DNA of 64,000 nucleotides from a virus. The stretch covers positions 4,543 to 68,542 of IMG/VR virus record IMGVR_UViG_3300027833_002114; one strand, written 5' to 3'. Made by a program: the position numbers and the translations under genes. Under the pieces are notes generated by a model. The model worked only from the letters and a program-made list of their open reading frames with translations, made no database searches and had not been told where the DNA came from. Shown here in pieces: positions 9,068-18,735 of the stretch (position 1 is its first letter; the number at the start of each line of letters is the position of its first letter).

Positions 9068-10063
9068 ATGAGCAAACTATTTCAAGAAAGAATTCCATTC
9101 AAACCATTCGAATATCCAACTTACTATACAGAAGGTTGGTTGAAACAAGCACAAGCATTTTGGTTACACACAGAAATCCCAATGCAAGGTGATGTTAAGG
9201 ATTGGAATGAGAGATTAACTCCAGCTGAGAAAAACTTAGTTGGTAACATTCTTTTGGGGTTTGCTCAAACTGAATGTGCAGTTTCCGATTATTGGACTAA
9301 TATGGTTACCGATTGGTTTCCTAAACATGAGATAAGACAGATGGCTATGATGTTTGGTTCACAAGAAACAATTCATGCAACTGCATATTCATACTTAAAT
9401 GAAACATTAGGATTAGATGACTTCTCAGCGTTTCTGCACGAACCTGCAGTTGCTGAGAAGTTTGAACTCCTTACTGCAACATCCAATGAATGGAAACATA
9501 CAGATTTGGCAACAAATCCACAAGCAAGAAAAGAAGTTGGTAGAAGTTTAGCAATCTTCTCTGCATTTAGTGAAGGGGTATCCCTATACTCTTCATTTGC
9601 AGTGTTGTACTCATTCCAAATGAGAAATATGCTAAAAGGGATTGGACAACAAATGAAATGGAGTGTAAGAGATGAATCTCTACATTCTAAAATGGGTTGC
9701 CAATTGTTCAGAGATATGTGTAATGAATATCCTACGTTATTAGAAGAGTGTAAAGAATCAATTGAAGAAGCTTCAAAATTAATTGTTCAGTTAGAAACAA
9801 ACTTTATTGATATGATATTTGAACAAGGTGATTTAGAAAACCTTGAGAAAGAAGATTTGAAAGAGTTTATTAAAGCTAGAACAAATACAAAATTACAAGA
9901 ATTAGGATATGACTCCATTCATGAATTCGATAAAACGAAGGCTGAAAAGTTAGAATGGTTCTATCACCTAACAGGTGGATTAACCCATACTGATTTCTTT
10001 GCCGTTAGACCTACTGATTATAGTAAGGCAAACGAAGGTGAAGATTGGGGAGATTTATTTTAA
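9068..10063 (+). CDS. nrdB: Ribonucleotide reductase class I beta subunit
   Basis: QETIHATAYS, EGVSLYSSF, VRDESLH, TDFFAVRPTDYSK. Confidence 0.95.
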   Translation: MSKLFQERIPFKPFEYPTYYTEGWLKQAQAFWLHTEIPMQGDVKDWNERLTPAEKNLVGNILLGFAQTECAVSDYWTNMVTDWFPKHEIRQMAMMFGSQETIHATAYSYLNETLGLDDFSAFLHEPAVAEKFELLTATSNEWKHTDLATNPQARKEVGRSLAIFSAFSEGVSLYSSFAVLYSFQMRNMLKGIGQQMKWSVRDESLHSKMGCQLFRDMCNEYPTLLEECKESIEEASKLIVQLETNFIDMIFEQGDLENLEKEDLKEFIKARTNTKLQELGYDSIHEFDKTKAEKLEWFYHLTGGLTHTDFFAVRPTDYSKANEGEDWGDLF

Positions 10064-10074
10064 AATACAAATAT

Positions 10075-10386
10075 ATGAAAACATTTAACGAATTAGAAAT
10101 AAGCGTAAGAAATTGGGCAATAGAAAAGGGTATAGATAAGCCAGAAAATGCACCAAAACAAATGCTAAAAGTGATGGAAGAAGTAGGTGAAACTGCTGGG
10201 GCACTTTTAAAAAATAATGAAGCAGAATTAAAAGATGGGATAGGTGATTCATTTGTAACTCTTATCATACTTTGTCAGCAATTAGGTTATTCCCCAACAG
10301 AATGTTTACAATTAGCATACAACGAAATAGAAAATAGAAAAGGTAAAACAGTTAACGGAGTGTTCGTTAAAGAAGAAAATTTATAA
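10075..10386 (+). CDS. MazG-like nucleotide pyrophosphohydrolase
   Basis: KVMEEVGE, LKDGIGD, AYNEIENRKG...GVFVKE; ATG 10075. Confidence 0.85.
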   Translation: MKTFNELEISVRNWAIEKGIDKPENAPKQMLKVMEEVGETAGALLKNNEAELKDGIGDSFVTLIILCQQLGYSPTECLQLAYNEIENRKGKTVNGVFVKEENL

Positions 10387-10388
10387 AA

Positions 10389-12173
10389 ATGGCAAAAACA
10401 AATTACGGAGCAGATTTAGGTTGGGAACTTGATGTAGATTTCCCATCATGGGCAAATACAGAGATATATGTTAAAACTATATCTAAAGGATATTTGTTAG
10501 AAGGTGAAAAACCAAAAGATGCTTATTGGAGAGTTGCAACACGAGTTGCTCAAAGATTAGATAAACCACAATTGGCAACTAAATTCTTCGATTATATTTG
10601 GAAAGGTTGGTTAAACTTAGCAACACCAGTTCTTTCAAATACTGGTACTGATAGAGGATTACCTATATCTTGTTTTGGTATAGATGTTGCTGATTCCATA
10701 TATGATATCGGAAATAAGAACTTAGAATTAATGTTACTTGCAAAACATGGTGGTGGTGTTGGTATTGGTATCAACCAAATCAGACCTGCAGGAGCTAAGA
10801 TTACAGGTAATGGAACAAGTGATGGTGTAGTACCATTTGCTAAAATATACGATTCTACAATCCTTGCCACAAACCAAGGTTCAGTACGAAGAGGAGCAGC
10901 ATCTGTTAACCTTAATATTGACCACAAGGATTTCGATGAGTGGATTGAAATCAGAGAACCAAAGGGAGATGTAAATAGACAATCACTAAATCTACACCAA
11001 TGTGCAGTTGTAGGTGATAAGTTTATGAGAAAACTTCAAGATGGAGATGAAACTGCAAGAAGAAAGTGGGGAAAATTACTACAAAAAAGAAAAGCAACTG
11101 GTGAACCATACATCATGTACAAAGGAAATGTTAATAAAGCAAATCCTGAAATGTACAAAAAAAATGGATTAAAAGTTCATATGACAAACATATGTTCTGA
11201 GATTACATTACATACAGATGAGAACCATTCTTTTGTTTGTTGTTTATCATCAGTAAATCTATCTAAATACAATGAGTGGAGAGATACTGATTTGGTTTAT
11301 ACTGCAACTTGGTTCTTAGATGGAGTACTTTCTGAATTTATCCAAAAGGCTAAAAACATGAGAGGATTTGAAAATTCTGTTGCATCTGCTGAAAAAGGTA
11401 GAGCATTAGGATTGGGAGTTTTAGGATGGCACACTTACCTACAACAAAATGGTATTCCATTTGAAGGTATGGAAGCTCAATTTGAAACTCGTAAGATTTT
11501 TTCTCAGTTAAAGATAGAATCAGAAAGAGCATCAAGAGATATGGCAACCGAATATGGTGAACCTCTATGGTGTAGAGAAAGTGGATTTAGAAATACTCAC
11601 TTAAGAGCAGTTGCTCCAACAGTTAGTAACTCTAAATTAGCTGGAAATGTATCTGCTGGTATCGAACCTTGGGCTGCAAATGTATTCACCGAACAAACTG
11701 CAAAAGGAACGTTCATTAGAAAAAACAATGAGTTAGTAAAGGTTCTAAGAAAAGCAGGTATCAATAATAAAGATACTTGGGATAAGATTATGGAAGATGG
11801 TGGTTCGGTACAAGATATCAAAGAACTTGATAAGTGGTGTTACTTAGAAGGTAAAATGGTACTTTGTGAAGAAATTACTAACGGAGATAGAGATAAAGTT
11901 TATCCTGTCAAGGATGTGTTCAGAACATTCAAAGAAATAAATCAAATGGATTTGGTTAAACAAGCTGGTATTAGACAACAGTATATTGACCAAGGAGTTT
12001 CATTAAATTTAGCATTCCCTTCCATTGCATCACCGAAATGGATTAACCAAGTAACTATGGAAGCTTGGAAACAAGGAATTAAAACGTTGTATTATATGAG
12101 AACTGAATCAGTTCTTAGAGGTGATATAGCAACAAGAGCGGTAGACCCTGATTGTGTTGCGTGTGATGGATAA
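10389..12173 (+). CDS. nrdA: Ribonucleotide reductase class I alpha subunit (short, no ATP cone)
   Basis: ISCF, QGSVRRGA, TNICSEI, VCCLSS, APTVS, KTLYY, C-terminal CVAC. Confidence 0.95.
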   Translation: MAKTNYGADLGWELDVDFPSWANTEIYVKTISKGYLLEGEKPKDAYWRVATRVAQRLDKPQLATKFFDYIWKGWLNLATPVLSNTGTDRGLPISCFGIDVADSIYDIGNKNLELMLLAKHGGGVGIGINQIRPAGAKITGNGTSDGVVPFAKIYDSTILATNQGSVRRGAASVNLNIDHKDFDEWIEIREPKGDVNRQSLNLHQCAVVGDKFMRKLQDGDETARRKWGKLLQKRKATGEPYIMYKGNVNKANPEMYKKNGLKVHMTNICSEITLHTDENHSFVCCLSSVNLSKYNEWRDTDLVYTATWFLDGVLSEFIQKAKNMRGFENSVASAEKGRALGLGVLGWHTYLQQNGIPFEGMEAQFETRKIFSQLKIESERASRDMATEYGEPLWCRESGFRNTHLRAVAPTVSNSKLAGNVSAGIEPWAANVFTEQTAKGTFIRKNNELVKVLRKAGINNKDTWDKIMEDGGSVQDIKELDKWCYLEGKMVLCEEITNGDRDKVYPVKDVFRTFKEINQMDLVKQAGIRQQYIDQGVSLNLAFPSIASPKWINQVTMEAWKQGIKTLYYMRTESVLRGDIATRAVDPDCVACDG

Positions 12174-12201
12174 TAATTAATTAATAATAGGAGAAATTAA
12201 A

Positions 12202-12465
12202 ATGGTAGAAGTAAAGAAATTTTATGCAGAATGGTGTGGACCTTGTAAGGTTCTAACACCTTTAATGGAAAACGTTAAAACTAAATTTTCAGATGTTAAC
12301 TTTGAAAATGTGGATATTGATTCACAATTCGAAATAGCTCAGAAGTATCATGTACGTTCTGTACCAACAGTAATTATTGAAAAAGATGGTGTTGAAGTAC
12401 AAAGAATGGTAGGAGTTCAATCAGAATTAGCATATACAAACGCTTTAACTGAAAATTTATCGTAA
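12202..12465 (+). CDS. trxA: Thioredoxin
   Basis: WCGPC, SVPT; AGGAG at 12189-12193. Confidence 0.9.
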   Translation: MVEVKKFYAEWCGPCKVLTPLMENVKTKFSDVNFENVDIDSQFEIAQKYHVRSVPTVIIEKDGVEVQRMVGVQSELAYTNALTENLS

Positions 12466-12469
12466 AATA

Positions 12470-12510
12470 TTTGGATTTCTCATTTATTTTTCGTATATTT
12501 ACATAGTAAA
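12470..12510 (+). promoter_or_regulatory. Early-type promoter, TATATTTAC variant
   Basis: 12476-12511 is identical over 36 bp to 326-361. Confidence 0.8.
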
Positions 12511-12527
12511 TAATAAAAACATAATAT

Positions 12528-12764
12528 ATGGCAGGAATTAAATTTGTACATCACGAAGAAGAAGTAGTAAAATTAAAAGGAACACCTAAAGTTCCTTTTA
12601 GTAAAAGTAAAAAGTTAAGTAGTATGGATGGTGGTAATACGTTATACTATATTGATACGGAGGTTGCGTTTAGAATGAAACTAGAGAATTTTGTAGATTT
12701 CACACAAAAACATCCACAAAACAGTAGCTATGCTGTAATTACCATTCCAATCGAAAGAGTTTAA
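12528..12764 (+). CDS. Hypothetical protein, paralog of the C-terminus of 405..899
   Basis: FTQKHPQNSSYAVIT vs FSQTHPLNQNFCLIT. Confidence 0.65.
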   Translation: MAGIKFVHHEEEVVKLKGTPKVPFSKSKKLSSMDGGNTLYYIDTEVAFRMKLENFVDFTQKHPQNSSYAVITIPIERV

Positions 12765-12781
12765 AAATAAAATAAAAAGTT

Positions 12782-12982
12782 ATGTCAAAAACCTTATGGT
12801 TTTTTAGTAATAGGTTACGAGGAGAATCTCACCCTAGGTCAAAATTAACAACAGAACAAGTAATACAAATTAGAGACCTTTACTCCAAGGGGTTTTCTAC
12901 AAATGTCATTGCTCGTAACTATAAGGTATCTACTTGGAATGTAGAAGAAATAGTAAAAAGAAAAACTTGGACACACATTTAA
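12782..12982 (+). CDS. Stand-alone HTH protein of the type found at the C-terminus of HNH homing endonucleases
   Basis: RGESHPRSKLTTEQVIQIR...IARNYKVS...IVKRKTWTHI. Confidence 0.7.
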   Translation: MSKTLWFFSNRLRGESHPRSKLTTEQVIQIRDLYSKGFSTNVIARNYKVSTWNVEEIVKRKTWTHI

Positions 12983-12996
12983 AATTTAAAAGAATT

Positions 12997-13650
12997 ATGA
13001 ATAAATACAATGAAAAACAACTCGAAGAGAATTATAATAAGTTTATCGAGGCACTTAAGAAATCTTTCGAAGGAGATAGATTAGAGAAATTACTACATAT
13101 GTACTCAATGGATGAATTAGGACCAAACCTAATGTTATCACCAGCGAGTGGAAATGTTAATTATCACAATGCATATGAAGGTGGTTATATTGACCATGTT
13201 ATGAATGTAGCTAGAAATTCACTCAGAATGATGAAACTCTACAAAGAAGCAGGTGGTATCATTGATTTCACACAAGATGAATTATTATTTGCAGCATTCC
13301 ATCACGATTTAGGAAAACTAGGAAGTAAAGGAAAAGTTCATTATGTAACAAATCCTTCTGATTGGCACGTAAAGAATCAAGGTAAGATATATGTTAGTAA
13401 TTCAGACCTATCATATCTAACACATACTGATAGAACATTCTTCTTATTACAAGAATATGGAATTAAATACAATGAAAACGAATATTTTGGAATCAAACTT
13501 ACTGATGGTATGTATGATGAAGATAACGTAAAATATTTCAAAGTATTTGACCCAAAAAACTACTTAAAATCAAATATACAATTTATACTTCATTGGGCTG
13601 ACCATATGAGTACTTGTATAGAAAGAGATACACAAAACGCTCCGTTTTAA
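12997..13650 (+). CDS. HD-domain phosphohydrolase (YhaM-like HD domain)
   Basis: PAS...YHNAYEGGYIDH, HHDLGK, HWAD; ATG 12997. Confidence 0.85.
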   Translation: MNKYNEKQLEENYNKFIEALKKSFEGDRLEKLLHMYSMDELGPNLMLSPASGNVNYHNAYEGGYIDHVMNVARNSLRMMKLYKEAGGIIDFTQDELLFAAFHHDLGKLGSKGKVHYVTNPSDWHVKNQGKIYVSNSDLSYLTHTDRTFFLLQEYGIKYNENEYFGIKLTDGMYDEDNVKYFKVFDPKNYLKSNIQFILHWADHMSTCIERDTQNAPF

Positions 13651-13651
13651 T

Positions 13652-15091
13652 ATGTGTGGAATCATCGGAGGAAATAACTTTAACTCATCTTCTATAAAAG
13701 ATGGGTTAGACAAGATACTACATAGAGGTAGAGATAATTCAACTATTGAACAAGTTGGAGATTTCTACTTTGCTCATAATAGATTATCAATACAAGATTT
13801 ATCAGAATTTGCAAATCAACCACTTTGGAATGAAGATAAAACAGTTTGTATAGTTTATAATGGTGAACTATGGGGAAGTAAACTTACCGATAAACTTAAG
13901 AGTAAAATAACAATACCATTCAGAACAACTTCTGATACTGAAATTATATTAAACTCTTACTTAGAGTTCGGTGTAGATTCTTTCAAAGATTTAGATGGTA
14001 TGTTTTCTTTTTGTATTATTGATACACGAAGTAAAACTGCATATTTAGTTAGAGATTATATTGGTGAACTTCCTTTTTGGTATTCAATTGATAAATTAAC
14101 TAATAAGTTAGCATTCTGTTCAGAGAAAAAAGGATTACCTCTATCAGATATTTACATGACGAGTGTAAAGACAGTTTATCCGGGTACATATGTTGAATAC
14201 AACTATGAAACACTATATCATAGTGTTAAAACTTACTATGAACTACCTAATGAAATAATAGAACACGATAGAGATACTATTATTAAGAATATAAGAAGTT
14301 TATTAGGAGAAGCCGTTCAAGCAAAAATGATTTCGGATGTTCCTATTTGTACACTTCTAAGTGGGGGAATTGATTCTGTAATAACAACATATCTTTTATC
14401 TAAGTTATATCCTAAATTAGAAGCATTTGTAGTAACAACAGAGGGTGGTAGTGATATAAAGTTTGCAAGAATAGCAGCAAAAGAATTTGGTATCAAATTA
14501 CATGAAATTCATATGACAAATGATGAAATCATGAATTCAATTGATACTACGTTATATGTAACTGAATTAACAAAATGGCAGAATATAGGTAGTGCACTTG
14601 CAACTATCAAACTAGGTGAAGAGATAAAGAAACATGGATTTAAGGTAGTGTTTTCTGGTGATTTATCTGATGAGATTTGGGGTAGTTATGGTCACATTCA
14701 AGCATTTCATTATACACCTGAAACTTATGATATAGCAAGAAGAAAATTAATAAAGGATGTACATAAAGGAAACTTTCCATCACAAAATCAATCTATGATG
14801 TGGGGTGGTACTGTTGAAATTAGAACTCCTTACTCTTGGAGACCATTTGTAGAGTACTCTTTAAACATTCCTCCATTGTACCAAAATGAAAAGGGACATA
14901 TGAAACCATTGTTAAGAGAAGCATTTAAAGGAGAAATATCAGATGAGTTATTGTGGAGAAAGAAAGTTTGGTTTGCACAAGGAGCAGGAACATCAGATGG
15001 TATAGAAAAAATAAAAGATACATTAAAAGACAGATTGAAAAATCAGTTTCAATATAAAGATGATTTAAATATAAAGAAGTTTTGGGATTAA
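13652..15091 (+). CDS. asnB: Asparagine synthetase B-like glutamine amidotransferase
   Basis: N-terminal MCGI, HRG, HNRLSI, NGE, SDTE, LSGGIDS, SGDLSDE. Confidence 0.88.
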   Translation: MCGIIGGNNFNSSSIKDGLDKILHRGRDNSTIEQVGDFYFAHNRLSIQDLSEFANQPLWNEDKTVCIVYNGELWGSKLTDKLKSKITIPFRTTSDTEIILNSYLEFGVDSFKDLDGMFSFCIIDTRSKTAYLVRDYIGELPFWYSIDKLTNKLAFCSEKKGLPLSDIYMTSVKTVYPGTYVEYNYETLYHSVKTYYELPNEIIEHDRDTIIKNIRSLLGEAVQAKMISDVPICTLLSGGIDSVITTYLLSKLYPKLEAFVVTTEGGSDIKFARIAAKEFGIKLHEIHMTNDEIMNSIDTTLYVTELTKWQNIGSALATIKLGEEIKKHGFKVVFSGDLSDEIWGSYGHIQAFHYTPETYDIARRKLIKDVHKGNFPSQNQSMMWGGTVEIRTPYSWRPFVEYSLNIPPLYQNEKGHMKPLLREAFKGEISDELLWRKKVWFAQGAGTSDGIEKIKDTLKDRLKNQFQYKDDLNIKKFWD

Positions 15092-15606
15092 ATGTAGTTC
15101 ATATAAAAGAAGAAGGTGAAGAGATGGATAAGGTCATTGAAGATACAATGGCTATTATTGATATGTATCCTGATATATTTCCTCATATGTACAAACAAGG
15201 ATTCAAACTTGTTAAAAGAATCAAACGAGGTAATTTAGTTTTACAAGATGGTGTAATGATTACATTTACACAATATACACATGGTGGTAAACTATCTCGA
15301 AATGCAACAACGATAAAGAAAACAAATGATTTTATTATTCATCAGATAGCATCAGACCAAACCCAAAAGGGTTCAACTAAAAAGGTATTAGATGAATTTG
15401 TAGAATATTGTAAATCAAAAAAAGCTGGTAATATATTATTAACTGTTCGAGCTTTCAACGAAAGGGCTCGTAAATTCTATGAAAGATATGGATTCAAGTA
15501 CGATTCAGATATACAATGGAATTCAAAAGAAACAGGTATAATACCAGGTGTAATTTATAGGTTACAACTAGAAAAAATAAAAAGTGAAAAGTTTTTTCAG
15601 TTTTAG
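15082..15606 (+). CDS. GNAT-family acyltransferase
   Basis: IHQIASD...KG, LTVRAFNERARKFYERYGF. Confidence 0.85.
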   Translation: MGLNVVHIKEEGEEMDKVIEDTMAIIDMYPDIFPHMYKQGFKLVKRIKRGNLVLQDGVMITFTQYTHGGKLSRNATTIKKTNDFIIHQIASDQTQKGSTKKVLDEFVEYCKSKKAGNILLTVRAFNERARKFYERYGFKYDSDIQWNSKETGIIPGVIYRLQLEKIKSEKFFQF

Positions 15607-15674
15607 CTTGTATAATTAAAAATAATTTCGTATATTTGTATAACAAATTCATTATAAGTCATGAAATGGGTTTG
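15607..15674 (+). promoter_or_regulatory. Bacteroidota sigmaA-type promoter followed by a 5' hairpin
   Basis: CTTG...TTTCGTATATTTGTATAA; CAAATTCATT (15644-15653) / AATGGGTTTG (15665-15674). Confidence 0.75.
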
Positions 15675-15700
15675 AATAATTTTTAAAAAAAAGAAATATT

Positions 15701-15844
15701 ATGTCAAAGATTAAAACCAAATGGGTAAAAATACCTGTTGAAACAACTTCATCTTATTGGATGAACAACGTAGAAGATACTCAGTCAGATGTGTATTCGG
15801 AAGCGTATGCAAAAGCTTGGGAAAAATATTTTTGCTCAAGATAA
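15701..15844 (+). CDS. Small hypothetical protein (47 aa), absent from the ORF track
   Basis: MSKIKTKWVKIPVETTSSYWMNN...KAWEKYFCSR; first ORF after the promoter, A-rich leader. Confidence 0.6.
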   Translation: MSKIKTKWVKIPVETTSSYWMNNVEDTQSDVYSEAYAKAWEKYFCSR

Positions 15845-15851
15845 TTAAACA

Positions 15852-15940
15852 AACGCTGTGGGATTGGATACCTTACTCTAAATGGAAAGCGTTGAAATAG
15901 AAAAACATCCAAACCCTCACTATAAAAATGAAGTGAGGTT
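15852..15940 (+). ncRNA. Candidate structured cis-regulatory RNA (pseudoknot plus hairpin)
   Basis: AACGCT/AGCGTT (15852-57/15888-93), TTGGAT/ATCCAA (15864-69/15907-12), CCTCACT/AGTGAGG (15915-21/15932-38). Confidence 0.4.
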
Positions 15941-15967
15941 ATAACAAATATTAAATAAAAGAATATT

Positions 15968-17461
15968 ATGCATTACACAAAAAAGCAAGCTATATCATTA
16001 GCAAATTCCGCTTCCATTAAGAATAAAAATGGTAAAAATTGGGAAACAATCGTAGAAACTACATTTAAAAAAAATGAAATTCTACCAGATATAAAGGATT
16101 TAAATAAATCCTTGTTTAAGACAAAAACTTATTGGTTTTATAGTGGCGGTAATCGTTTAAGAACCAAACTTATTGACCAGTGGTTACCAAAATTCAATCA
16201 TATTATTGAAGATAAAAATTCAATAGGAGACGCTCAAATTGATGAATTTATAATAGCAACTGATTCTTTAGCAATTGATTCTTCAAAAAAAGATTCACAA
16301 TTTGGAGATAATTACAAATATATTGCTCTAATACGAGAAACACCTGATAAGAGACAAACCGAAAGATTAGATAGTATCAAACAAAATTATCCTACTAATT
16401 TCGAATATTATATTGGAGAAAGAGGACTTGAAGAATATATGGATTCTCTTACGAATCCAGTTGAAAAAAAACAATTACCAGTTGGAAAAGTCGAGTGGAC
16501 TGGCATTGATAAGTTACTTGATAATGAAGTCAATAGAGATTTAGATGATGTTCATGTTTATGAGTTAATGGATTCTTTATTAGCTGAAATGAGAAATGGA
16601 AGTGTGAGAGGATTGGTAAGACCTTTGATTGGTATTAAGGCAAATGGAAAAGATTATTTAGTCGATGCTCATCATTTAAAAAAGGCGATTATCTTAATAA
16701 ATAAATTTACGCAGTGGAACATAACCGAAGTACCTGTTTATTACTTAACTCATTTAGAAGATTGTACTGAAGAAGAGCTTACAATGTTGATGAGTGTAAT
16801 TAATGTACTAGTAAAAAAATGGAATCCATTCAATTATGTTGGGTTATGGGAAAAAACTTATGATAAATTAAATGAAGAGGATAGAAAATTTCCATATACT
16901 AAATTGAGAGAAGAAATGGAAAGATTAAATCCATCAGACCCTGCAAAATCACCAATTCTTCATGCATTTTGTATTTCTGATAGAGCAGAGGAAAAAGATT
17001 GGGGAAATAATACTAAGAAAGTTACTTTTGGCAAATTAATGTTTACAGAAGAGGATTACACTAACAAATACAAACCAATTGTTGATTCCATAATAAAACT
17101 TAAAGAAAGAATAACTAAGACACGAGGTGTAATTGGTAAAGACTATATCAATAAAGATACAAAAGAAAAAGAGAAGTCACCAACAAACGTCAGCTCTGTT
17201 TTGAGAGCATTTGCTACTGAACTTTCTGTTCAAGGAACTGAGATATCAGATAAAGAAGTTTATTATCAAATATTACAAGAATTATCAAATGGATATTGGG
17301 ATTCAAAAAATGGGGTATTGCCAATTTGGACAGATGAACAATCATATAACATAAAAAATTGGAGAAGTATTAGTAATTTTCCAAGAAGAGCGAATGAAAT
17401 GAAATTTCTTGTAAGAGATGAAATAATTCCTACACTAGAAGAAGATTTAACTTCAGAATAG
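15968..17461 (+). CDS. PD-(D/E)XK nuclease-like N-terminus fused to a ParB/Srx-like domain
   Basis: GKNWE...IDQW...IIEDK; VNRDLD..HV..L..S...PLI...YLVDAHHL. Confidence 0.55.
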   Translation: MHYTKKQAISLANSASIKNKNGKNWETIVETTFKKNEILPDIKDLNKSLFKTKTYWFYSGGNRLRTKLIDQWLPKFNHIIEDKNSIGDAQIDEFIIATDSLAIDSSKKDSQFGDNYKYIALIRETPDKRQTERLDSIKQNYPTNFEYYIGERGLEEYMDSLTNPVEKKQLPVGKVEWTGIDKLLDNEVNRDLDDVHVYELMDSLLAEMRNGSVRGLVRPLIGIKANGKDYLVDAHHLKKAIILINKFTQWNITEVPVYYLTHLEDCTEEELTMLMSVINVLVKKWNPFNYVGLWEKTYDKLNEEDRKFPYTKLREEMERLNPSDPAKSPILHAFCISDRAEEKDWGNNTKKVTFGKLMFTEEDYTNKYKPIVDSIIKLKERITKTRGVIGKDYINKDTKEKEKSPTNVSSVLRAFATELSVQGTEISDKEVYYQILQELSNGYWDSKNGVLPIWTDEQSYNIKNWRSISNFPRRANEMKFLVRDEIIPTLEEDLTSE

Positions 17462-17472
17462 TACAAAATTAA

Positions 17473-18699
17473 ATGATAGAAGATATACTAAATAAATACA
17501 AAAAGGGTACTTACGAAGGTGAGTACCCAACTGTATCTGAAGAAGATTTTACTTTACTCAAGAAAAACTTTGATAAAGATAAAGTAAAAGAAGCATTTGC
17601 AGAATTATTCATGGAGTATGAAATACCCTATGCAGAAATTAGTGAAAAAAATGCATATGATGATTTCTTATCACTTAAGGGTTTCCGGTGGAGCCAGTAT
17701 CTAAAGGAAGGACAATGGTTTCCACGAAAAGCAGCGGAATCTAAGTATCCACTAACATACGATGGAAAACAACAATACTTTTCTCGTATCAATACAGGTA
17801 ACAGAGCATCTAATTACTTTCAACAACACAACAGATGGAGTGTAGATGGTTCAGTTTCACCAGGTCCAAAAAGAACTTGGGAAACAAAAGCATTTATGGT
17901 ATCATTAATGGGTGCAGCTTATTCTTTAAAATTACCACAAGTTGGTAAAAAAGAATTAAGAACAATGATTGGATTGAGAAAATACATATGTGCTCAGTTC
18001 AAACCAAATGTAGCGAAGATGTTCTATGATATGAACAATGCTAAAACTGTACTTGATTTCTCAATGGGATGGGGTGATAGATTAGCAGGTGCATTTTCAA
18101 GTGAAACAGTTGAACATTATGTAGGGTTAGACCCTCGTAAAGAAAATCATCCGTTCTATGAACAACAAAGAGATTTTTATACTAAACATACATCTTTCTT
18201 TGAAACACCTACTAAAACAAACTTCTATGAATCACCAGCAGAAGATTTTGATTACTCTGAATATAACGAGTACTTTGATGTAGTATTTACATCACCTCCA
18301 TATTTCTCAGTAGAAAGATATTCACATGATGATACTCAGAGTTGGGTAAGATATAAAAACATAAACGATTGGAACAAGAACTTTTTACATACTACTTTAG
18401 GTAAGATTATACCAACAGTAAAGAAAGGTGGTATCATTGCAGTGAACATAGCGGATGTATATGCTAGTTCCAAAGGTGATAAGGGATGGTTAGAGATTTG
18501 TAATCCAATGATTGATTATCTTACATCACAAGGATTAACTTACAAAGGTTGTATTGGTATGGAAATGGCAAAGAGACCTAATAGTGGTGGAGCAGGAACT
18601 GCTAAAGATGATGGACAGTATTCAGAAGAAAGTTTAAAATTAGCAGAAGAAACAAAAAATCAAACTTTTTGTGAACCTGTTTGGATATGTCAAAAATAA
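17473..18699 (+). CDS. DNA amino-methyltransferase-like protein (N4-C/N6-A fold)
   Basis: Motif I LDFSMGWG precedes motif IV FTSPPY; C-terminal EPVW. Confidence 0.82.
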   Translation: MIEDILNKYKKGTYEGEYPTVSEEDFTLLKKNFDKDKVKEAFAELFMEYEIPYAEISEKNAYDDFLSLKGFRWSQYLKEGQWFPRKAAESKYPLTYDGKQQYFSRINTGNRASNYFQQHNRWSVDGSVSPGPKRTWETKAFMVSLMGAAYSLKLPQVGKKELRTMIGLRKYICAQFKPNVAKMFYDMNNAKTVLDFSMGWGDRLAGAFSSETVEHYVGLDPRKENHPFYEQQRDFYTKHTSFFETPTKTNFYESPAEDFDYSEYNEYFDVVFTSPPYFSVERYSHDDTQSWVRYKNINDWNKNFLHTTLGKIIPTVKKGGIIAVNIADVYASSKGDKGWLEICNPMIDYLTSQGLTYKGCIGMEMAKRPNSGGAGTAKDDGQYSEESLKLAEETKNQTFCEPVWICQK

Positions 18700-18716
18700 T
18701 TCGTATATTTGTATAA
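18680..18716 (+). promoter_or_regulatory. Bacteroidota sigmaA-type promoter for polB
   Basis: TTTGGAT...TTCGTATATTTGTATAA overlapping the end of the MTase gene. Confidence 0.8.
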
Positions 18717-18735
18717 ATAAATAAAACAGAACAGA

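Noticed and set aside
10075-13650. Z-genome (2-aminoadenine) pathway from MazG plus HD genes
   Set aside because: No PurZ/PurA homolog in the window, and the HD protein looks YhaM-like
15852-15950. Pistol or hammerhead ribozyme assignment
   Set aside because: Topology is loosely pistol-like but conserved core residues and P2 are not matched, and there is no CUGAnGA core; kept only as an unknown structured RNA
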